In this document: piece after piece, positions 54,959-64,000 of the stretch
How positions within the stretch are numbered: position 1 is the first letter of the stretch
How the letters are laid out: each line of letters begins with the position of its first letter
Assembly: GCA_000165425.1 (NCBI GenBank)
Contig: CT868330.1
Location: 62,001 to 126,000 of the forward strand
Length of the DNA stretch: 64,000 nucleotides
Reading direction: 5' to 3'
DNA from: Paramecium tetraurelia
Taxonomy: Eukaryota
Notes under the pieces: model-generated
The model's database searches: none
What the model saw: the letters and a program-made list of their open reading frames with translations, nothing else
Told to the model about the DNA's origin: nothing
Made by a program: the position numbers and the translations under genes

Positions 54959-56663
54959 TCAAACAAGTTAAAATTTTACTTAATATTTTTTCTGCAAAAT
55001 ACTAGTTAATTCTTTCGATGTACAGTTTCTCTTCTCAGTCATACAAGTTAATTGATTATATATCCCAAAAGTGCAAGGCCTAAATAATGCTACAATTTCA
55101 TTACTCCACCATAATCTGTAAATCCTTGTTGTTTATCTCTATCTCTTTTACAAACACCGATAACAATCCATTATTAAGATGTTCCTCAGTTATTTCCAAG
55201 TTTAATTCCGAAACTGTTGGAAAACTTAGACTGATCTTAGTTCCCTTCTTAAACTCCTTATAATCAAAGTCTTCTGGCTGAAGATCAAATTAAGTAATCA
55301 AACACTCATCTATTACTTATTTCATATGCTTTTATCCTAATTAAGTTAGAAAGTCATTAAATTCTTGGAAGGTCGGAGAATACAATTTAACAGTTTTCTA
55401 AGAAACCTTTTCCTTGATGATAAATTAGAGTGGTAGAAAATCTACACAGAAGAAATTTTTCTCATCCTTTTAGACAATACCTTTAATCATTCTTTTATGC
55501 AAAATCTTATCAGGGAATTCACTTATTTCTAATAATTAGAATTAATCTTACTTTCATTAATAATTAATCCAAAATCGGAGTTGTTTGATTTAGTAGTCAC
55601 AAGTTTTTATTAGGTTTCTATTATAGGTTGGGTTTATGTTTAAGGTTAATCAGATACTTATACCTCAGGTTTTACTTTCTCTTCAATTTATTCCTGTACT
55701 TTACTTTTACTTTCTGTTTATTAAATAAGTAGATTTTATTTGAGGACTGAAAGGTCAACATTCATCTCTTGAACTATTTCACTTACTTAAAAGAAGTTAT
55801 TATTAACCAACTCATATAATTTCATAGGGGATAATTTAATAGTTTCGACATATTAGTACTCTTAAAAATAAATTTCAATAATTGGAAAGTGAATCTTAAA
55901 AAATCCATGGCCTGTCTGATTGGATATAATTAGATAAGGGGATGGAAATTCTTGACTTGAAAATTTGTCCACTTTTTCTTTTAATTAATGCAATCCTTTC
56001 TGCTTTAAGGCTACTGTATTCAATTCTAACAGTTATAAATTTTTCATAAAAAAATCTATGAAATCTTGATGAGTATTTAATATCTAAAGTGTTGTTTGAA
56101 AATTTAGAATCAGACTCTTTGATACTTTCCTATTGACTTAGGCATCTTTCTCTTTAATCCATTCTATTTCAAAAGATTTTATCAATGCCAAAACAGGCAT
56201 TTAATGATATTTGTATATTTTCTTATAAAACAATCTCTCATCTTTTTTGATTTCTTCCACATCTTCACCATCAGTCATATCAGCCACTATGTTCTTCTCC
56301 AATGGCTACAATCTTGTACCTAGATGTCCAAATTTTTAGGACAGATGATAACTGGATAATCCCTGAAAACCCCTATCACAAGTTGTTCCAAAATGTCTTG
56401 TGTTGTAATCGAAGCTGTACATAAACCCTTTCAATTAGATTTCAATTGATACTTTAAACTACCATTTGCTTGGAGTTACCCTACATCATGGATCTCCTTT
56501 GTATGTGAGGCAAGATTTTGGATTCGTTTCTGCAACTATTATATGTAATTAGATACTAAGAATTTCGCTGTTGAGTATTTCGTATATACATCGGATCTAG
56601 CAACTTGTGTTGATTAGTAATCAGTTTTGGTAAAATCTCAAATTAAGTACTATGATTATTCAT
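54959..56663 (-). CDS. Hypothetical protein
   Basis: Long code-6 frame MNNHSTQFEILPKLIT...YQVKFQLV* with several tiny introns. Confidence 0.7.
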
Positions 56664-56674
56664 TATTTATATAA

Positions 56675-57339
56675 ATGTAAATTGAAGTTGAGAAAACTTA
56701 TAATGCTTATTGGCCACCCAAGTATGATCTCTATTGCATGGGTTCAAATTGCCCTGTAAAATGCGAATCAAAATTTGGTTAGGAGTTTTATGTGTCATAA
56801 ATTGATTGCAATCTCAAATTATGTCCCTTGTGCAGATTTCAAGAAGTATGTAACATTCTATTTAGATGAAATGCACGGTCCCAAATTGTTAAATCAGCAT
56901 TGAAAAACACTATCTCAAAACCAATTTTAATCTGCAAGCCAAAAGGGTCTTTTTCGATTTGGACAAAGATGTTTAGGAATAATTATCAATAAGAAAGAAA
57001 ATTGAAGAAAAATATCATAGACAAATCTCAGACATTAAACAAAGTTCTAAACCAACAGAGAAATTGGATTAATTGTCGGAATATTTTGAAGATGCAGTCT
57101 ATGCTGAGAGATCCAATAACAAAAGGTTAATGCTTGAGATAGATACTGAAATCTAAAGACTGTGGAGGTAAATCGAAATCGAAGAAGTTAACGATCAACA
57201 TAGAGAAATGCCAAAATAAGTACCAACTCCAAGACATAGCACTATCTAATAATAAACAGGATCTTAAAATTCTTATTAGAAGGAAGCTGGTTTTAATGAA
57301 AGGTAGTTCCATATTAATAGAATTAAATGGGGATTTTGA
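56675..57339 (+). CDS. Divergent MAT1/Tfb3-like (CDK-activating kinase assembly factor) RING protein (214 aa)
   Basis: Cys-rich N-terminus (CNLKLCPLC...CTVPNC), then FFDLDKDVQEQLSIRKKIEEKY...EYFEDAVY, resembling MAT1 [20 protein letters not shown]; 20-nt intron. Confidence 0.6.
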
Positions 57340-58250
57340 ATTATTAAATGTTAGAGTAATCAAATTTGATTTATCTATCTTTCAAAATCTTAAAATACTC
57401 TATAAATGGTATTAAAATTGATGTGTTTGTACTTTATTCCTAATAAATAAGACCAAAGAATTAATACAGGCACAACTCTTCTAAATAAACTTCTTTGAAT
57501 GAGGAGGTTTATATAGCATAGCAACGTTAGCAATAAATTAAATAGGATTTAAAAAATACTGTTTATTTCAGTGGATAAATAAAGAAATCCAAAATAACCT
57601 AGGATGCATAGCAACCCTATTTAATTAATATTGTTAATTTTACTTGTAAATTCCAGTTGTTTTCAAATATGATCTTATGCTTTATTACTTTATACTTGAT
57701 GATGAAAACTTTGTTTTGACTTATATAGAGGCTCTAAATTCTAATTTTATGCCTAATAATAGTTAATAATACATTAATCAAAATAAATAACTATCCCTAT
57801 TTATCAGAATTTAGGATTCTAATACTATAAAATCATTAGAAAATGAAATTAGTGGTAATTTATTTTATATATTTATTGAACTAATAATAATATATTATAT
57901 ATTTAACTGTTTTGAAAATAAGTTCCTTGGTAATATTCAAAACTATCATTATTTATAGGTAATATGAAGTATTTTTAGACTCTTAATTTCTAATAATTTA
58001 TTATTATAAAATCTTTAATTCATTCTAAATTATCTCTAATTCTAATCAATTTCCATGAAATTATATTCAATTTGTTTGATACTATAATCAATCAGCCAAT
58101 CAAAACAAATAATAATTAATCAAAATATATTTTTATTTATTTTAAGGATAGATATGGCAATTTTAGGATGATCCCAAAAATGCATTTTAAATAATATTAA
58201 ATAATTGTTTGATATAATAAATATTTAATTAAGATTATTTATTTTGTTTC

Positions 58251-59741
58251 ATGACGTATCGAGTATTGTTGATATCACTGTTAGTATACAGCATAAATTG
58301 CAATGTAATAATTAGAACAGATGCAAGATGCGTTTGTAAGCAATGGAAATTAGCTCTTGAGTGTGCTAATGATTAGGATTGCATATGGAATAGTAATACA
58401 AAAACTTGTGAATAAGAAGAATGTTCAAGCATAAAAAGTTAATCCATATGTTCTGCTGATGAAGGTTGTCAATATAGGGATGGAAAATGTGAGAATTTTA
58501 CAAAGTGTGAAGATCTGAAGGGCAAAACTATTAATGAGTGTAGATTTATGTCAACAAACTGTAGAGAGAGTAATGGTGAGCATTGTTTACCTAATGCTCA
58601 AGAAAGGCTATGTGCTCAGTTCACAAATGAAGGTGAATGCATTCAAGGTTAAGATGGATTTTGTTTATGGTCAGATTCAAAATGCACTTTATGGAGTTAA
58701 TGCGCTTAAGCAAATTCAAAGATTTAATGTGAAATGCTTCCCCAAAGTTGTGATTGGTCAGCCACATTAAAGATTTGTTTGCAGAAAAAATGCTCAGAAA
58801 TAGATCACGAATATGACTGTGTAGCAGTATAAGAAGGACCTAATAGTCATTTATATGAAGTGTGTGAATGGAATTATGTCTTAAAACAATGTGAATCATC
58901 TATCCCAGATATTCTGACATTTGATACATGTGCCAGTAACACTTTACTAGCGTATCATTGGTCTAGTTCAAATGCAAGTGAAGGATTCTGTGAATAATGC
59001 TTATCACCAAATGTATAGAAACCTTCTCCAAAACATTGTCTATGCAAATCGATTTCCTCTTAGAATGATTGCTAACAGAATTAAACATGCATATGGAGAG
59101 ATGGAACATGTGAAGAAAGGAAATGTGCTGAAATAGACCCTCCTTAAGCTTGCATTTAATTGGAACATTGTGCTTGGTTTGCTAATGCTTGTGTAGAATT
59201 CACCTAATGTGAAAACTATAAAGCATTCTCAAATTTAGAATGTTAATCAATAAATAAGAAGTGCTTATTATCAGACACCTTAGAAACTTGCACTTCCAAA
59301 TATTAAGAATGCAAAACACATAAAACTGATGACAAATGTAATGGTAGCAAAGATTCAAAAAGCGAATAATGTTATTGGGATGAAAAACTTAATTCTTGTT
59401 AGGTTTGGACTCAATGTTCCCAATAAAAATAGGCAACATATTGTGAATATAGTGGAGCATGTTTTTGGGAAGGAGAATGTAAGTAAATTGAGTGCAAATT
59501 ATTAAATGAACATTAATGTACTCATTATTTAACATCCCCAAATTCTAAAACCTGGAAATACTGTATGCTCTTTGACACTTGCAAAGATTTAGATCCTGAT
59601 CTCCTTACCAAAGATGAGTGCTATGCTTTATCCTATGGACTTAGTACATGGAATTCATCTAAATGTTAATAATGTACATTTCCAGATGATTACACACCTA
59701 TCCTATCATTTATTGGTATGATTATTATAACGATGTTATGA
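58251..59741 (+). CDS. Cysteine-rich surface protein (mini-antigen/PSA-repeat-like), probably GPI-anchored (496 aa)
   Basis: Signal peptide, periodic C-x-W repeats, and hydrophobic C-terminus PILSFIGMIIITML*; intronless. Confidence 0.88.
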
Positions 59742-60898
59742 TTTTGAGAATTGTTGTTAATATTTATCAATAATATTTTTATAAATATATTATTTATCAC
59801 TTTTCTTCTTTATATTTGTATAAACATAGGATGATATTGATATATGATCGTAAACCTGATGTGAATTAAAGAGCTTTTTTTGATGTTATTAGAATCTAAA
59901 AAAGTAATACAGAAATTACAAGAAACAATAGCAAATTTAGAGAATATTTAGAATACTCATCAATATATTTAAACTTAACCTGTTAAATGGTTTAATATCT
60001 TTTATTGATAATAGTAATCAATCATGAATTCTTGATGTGACTTTTAGCAGATTTTCATACCATGCAAATATTATTACTAGCTTCAAAATTTATTAATTAT
60101 GTGATCAGGGAATCTGAATTAGTCTATACTTACTACTTCATTATTGAGAAAAGCAATGAAATTATAAGAATTCTTTTACATATTCAAATGATTATAATTA
60201 GCATTTAGTTTCATTCATAAATTTTATTTGAAGGCTAACCATATATAAATTATTCTGAATCAGAACAATATCAAATTATTAAATGATTAATTTGCTGGTT
60301 ATTATTGATATTATTAACAAGCAACTAGAATAAAAAAAATAATACTTACCTCAGATTAAATAAATAAAATGTAAAATTCTGCCATTTTAATAAGAAAAAA
60401 ATTAGTAAACATTTAATTTTATTAATGTTGTGCTTAAATCTTATATCAATTTTATGTGAAATTATGTAATCATAATATTGCATTAAGCTATATTTTTAAT
60501 TAAATATTTCTCCTATTGATAATTAAAGGTAAAATAATTTGTAACAATATTTTGTTATAAAAATTCCGAAATCTTTCTTTAATTAAAGATATATCAGTTT
60601 AATTAGATGCTCATTATATATCCATAGTTATTGATATTGAATATATTAACATTTGATTATAAAATTGATTTTTTTTTAAAATAGCTTAAAAAAATTAGAG
60701 ATACTTATCCTTAAAATTAGATGAAATTAATAACCTTAAAAATGATCTACCATAATAAAGGATGGTACATTCAGTTTTTACTATTATGAAGATTTATAAG
60801 AAATTAAAAAAATCAAAGTCTACTCGTTGATATTTAATAGAATTATAAATAATCTTTTTAAAAATGAATTTAAATATAGATATTATTTTAATTCTAAG

Positions 60899-63800
60899 AT
60901 GTCGGATATAATCGCTCTCTCAGATTATAAACTTAATAAAGAGCTTAACTATTTAATAAAGGATAAGTAAGAAAACTATTTCAGCAATGAAAACTGTTTT
61001 ACTAAGCTTATAGATAATTTTTTGGATAAATTAAAAGATGACGAAAGGAAGTAAACAATCGGTAAATTAGACCAACTTTTTCCAGAATTGAAACTTTAAA
61101 ATACTGTGGGTTAGCCATAGATCTATTCAAGTATATGTGAAAGTCCATTAAAATCTGAAAGATCTTAATCAAGAATAAATTTCAGTACTCCCTAATAAAA
61201 AAATATTCGGAATTAGGATTTCTCTTTTTATGAAGAATTGGATAATGTTGCAAGATCTTAAGATTGGGTGTAATTATAGTAAATGATGTCTTAAAATAAT
61301 TTTTATATGGATGGCAAATATCCAAATAATTTCTTTAGACTAATACCTCTTGTTGAGAAACTCAAAGAAAAAGCCTTTATGCTAATAGATTTAGCAGATT
61401 ACTTTATAGACTGCTAATTTTAATTAAACTTATCAATACTAAAAAAATTATTATTCTATTTCTATATGCCTAATGATTTAAATTTGACATAGGGTGAATC
61501 TTAAGAAATAGAGTAATTGTTAGGAGAATTGATAAGCTAAAGCTGGGTCTAATTTGAATATCATTAAAATTAATTAATTTAGAATAATGAAAATAAAAGT
61601 TAATTGGAAGTTTTAAAAGTTATACCAAATATGTTAACTCAAACTCCTTAAAAGTAAAGGGAGATAATTGATGATGAAGTTAGAAAGATTTTGAATGCCT
61701 AACATATGATTTCATAATAAGGAGATTTGGAATTTTACATTTCAAAAGAAATGCCTATTTTATTCGAAGTACAAAAAATCTATTATCAAATTTGCTTTTA
61801 TTTCTTGTCTGTATATCATTAATAGTATAAAAATAACGTGAGATTTTGTGAAAATGAAAGGAATAGGCTTTTGAATTCCTATATTGAAGAAAAGACCTAA
61901 TAAAATTCTCAGAAACAAGCTTTTTAAGATAGTTAATTTTGTGATAATTAATTAGAAAAATTCTTTGTTAATTATTAAGTTTAATAGAGTATGAGTAAAA
62001 TTGCTGGAAAAGGCATAATTTTTAAATCCAATGAAGATCTATTATAATATTTTATTGACACAAATTTTTACTATTCCAACAAATAATAGCACATTGTGGA
62101 TATAAGATAATAAAATAAACGTTTTGCCAAAATTTTGAATCTACTTACAGAAATAAATGATGAAGACAAGAGAAAAATAGCAACAATTATTAAAAAAGTA
62201 ATTTAGGATTCATAAGATATTTTTGAAATACTTGATGACATATATGAACTAAAATATCAATATGATGAAGAATAAGTAGAAGTCATATTTAGAATTATAT
62301 GTGAAATGTTAAACAAAACCTTTGAAGAATTTTGGATATATAGATATGCCTTGAATAAGAGTTTTAAAAAAAAACATATTCCAAATTTAAAAAAGATTTA
62401 AAATATAAAAGAAAAAATGAAAATATAAGAAATGGTTTAAATAGTCAAAACTTTCGATAGGGAATTTTGGGAAATTATGTAAAAGAAGTTTCTTAAGTAT
62501 TATTGCACAATTCTCAATTCTCTAATTTAACATACAATGTCAAACCAATCAGGAAATCCAAAAGAAGTTATCCAAATTTTAAGAGATCAGTTTCTTTAAA
62601 ATAGAATGCTTTAATAGTAAATTCAAAATGCTTAATTATTTTATCATTTATTATAAAGACTAAAAGATGAATAAGTATGCAGTTTATTTATAGAAAATCA
62701 AAAATAGAACATATCTTTATAGCCATATCTTTTATCCGTGGACATCTTATTTTAGGTTTTTTGCTTTCTTTCAAATGATACTGATTAACAACAATTTAAA
62801 AATAGTCTTGAATAAGGATTCAAATAGTTTACTTCCTATCATCTTAATTTTTTAATCGAATAGGCATAAAATAAAATAAGCAAGAATGTCTTAGATTAAA
62901 TCTATACATTAGTTTACTATTGGACTTTTAAAAAAAACAACAATCTTGAATAAGAGGCAAAATCCTTTTTTTTAAATGATCCTCAATTATATAAGAAAAC
63001 ATTTTCAAAATTGAACTTTTTTGATAATTAGGTATTGGCAGCTGATAATTTGGAATATATGGAAAAAAAGAAATAATACGACATTTACCCCAGAGGTCTT
63101 TAAATCAGTGTGGACGAATTTAATTTAACCTTAGTTGAATTAAGTCAACAAGATTAATATCAATTAGTCCATGTTTGGGTTTTAGACATTAAAAATAATA
63201 AGAAGTTCAAAAGTCTTTTACCATTTTACTTGAATATTATTAAAAGAGGGGAGTCTCCAACAATATTTTTAAATATGATAAACCAGCTTATCTAAACCCA
63301 GTAGGAATAATCCATCAAGTATGGATATTTTAATTTTAAATCTATGTTTTAGTTATTGTATAATAATTCAAATGCTGAATTGTAATGCCTCCTTTTAAAG
63401 CAAATAAGTTAGAACTATCCTGTACCTTTCCTTTATAAAGTTCCTTATGACGATTAAACAAAAAAAATAGAACACTTCTTTTTGAATTTAAACATATTTT
63501 ATATCCACCAAATGAGTTTTACAATTATTAATCTAAGCTTATAGTAGATACAATAAAGAATAGGCAAAACCTAATTAATAAATAAAATATTCTATTAACA
63601 AGATAAATTCGAAATATTAGACAATAATAAATTAAATAATTGTTCCATTGATATAATGTATGATTCAGAATTCTAAGGGACAAGATATTTATCAATAGCA
63701 GATGTCCATAATTTTATTCCGCTAGAAATATTAGATGAAATATTGCCCTTATTTAAATTATGGATTATTTAATTGGATACGGAATAAGAAATTGAGTCCA

Positions 63801-64000
63801 CAATTTCTATTTTGGAATAACTAAAATCCTTTTAATTAAAAAATAAAACTGTGTGTTTTCTTATAAGAGATTCATCTTTATAATTAGAATCTGCTTAAGT
63901 AATAAAATTAAAGTAGTTAAATATTGAATACAAACAAGTAGTTAATTTGACTGATAATAATTTAAATAAATATATAATTGATAATGAAATTAAATAAGTC
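60899..64000 (+). CDS. Very large protein (3' partial) with GVIN1/URGCP-like degenerate P-loop region
   Basis: More than 1000 codons open to the window end. YNNSNAELQCLLLKQISQNYPVPFL followed by IINLSLQQIQQRIGKTQLINKIF...SIDI...IADVH. Confidence 0.6.

Larger units (their letters stand above)
1..64000. other. Ciliate (Paramecium-like) macronuclear DNA: genetic code 6 (TAA/TAG=Gln, TGA stop) and 20-36 nt GT-AG introns
   Basis: Conserved proteins (RPS29, CCT5, aconitase, SMC4) read through in-frame TAA/TAG and end at TGA. Frames are restored by removing tiny introns, e.g. 6290-6313 (24 nt), 6418-6440 (23 nt), 2122-2146 (25 nt). Conserved genes are not interrupted by IES-like inserts. Confidence 0.96.

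Noticed and set aside
57697..57770. TGATGA C-box-like motif (snoRNA)
   Set aside because: No matching CTGA D-box or terminal stem nearby.
136..58770. Short ORFs in the supplied track taken as independent genes
   Set aside because: They were computed with TAA/TAG as stops and with alternative starts. They are fragments, wrong frames or antisense shadows of code-6 genes.
1..64000. Frequent in-frame TAA/TAG as mass pseudogenisation or a new recoding system
   Set aside because: This is the well-known ciliate code 6.

Overview
AT-rich, gene-dense DNA from a ciliate macronuclear genome, most consistent with Paramecium. TAA/TAG encode Gln, TGA is the only stop, and genes carry tiny GT-AG introns (20-36 nt). 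The supplied standard-code ORF track therefore fragments nearly every gene, so I re-translated by hand with genetic code 6. About 40 genes are supported. Confidently recognisable ones are a USP9/24/34-type deubiquitinase (5' truncated), RPS29, a DegT-family aminotransferase, DNase II, a MAK/ICK kinase, cytosolic aconitase, CCT5, a TPR protein, a NEK kinase, a Tesmin/TSO1 CXC protein, an ankyrin-AGC kinase, SMC4 and a Cys-rich surface protein. Less certain calls are TMEM128-, BI-1-, MAT1-, Lsm14-, TmcB/PAS-, Cache- and GVIN1/URGCP-like proteins. There are at least two clear pseudogenes (an OAC1-like mitochondrial carrier and a MAP kinase). I saw no rRNA, tRNA, CRISPR array, transposase or telomere. 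No multi-gene novel system is evident. The best leads are single-gene oddities: a DNase II with a signal peptide plus an ~85-aa NLS-rich insertion, a secreted C39-like protein lacking all three catalytic residues, a tandem Lsm14-like protein, a GVIN/URGCP-like giant GTPase, and divergent genes whose ATGs are 11 bp apart. Family calls come from motif recall, not database searches. Coordinates were counted by hand and may be off by a few bases.
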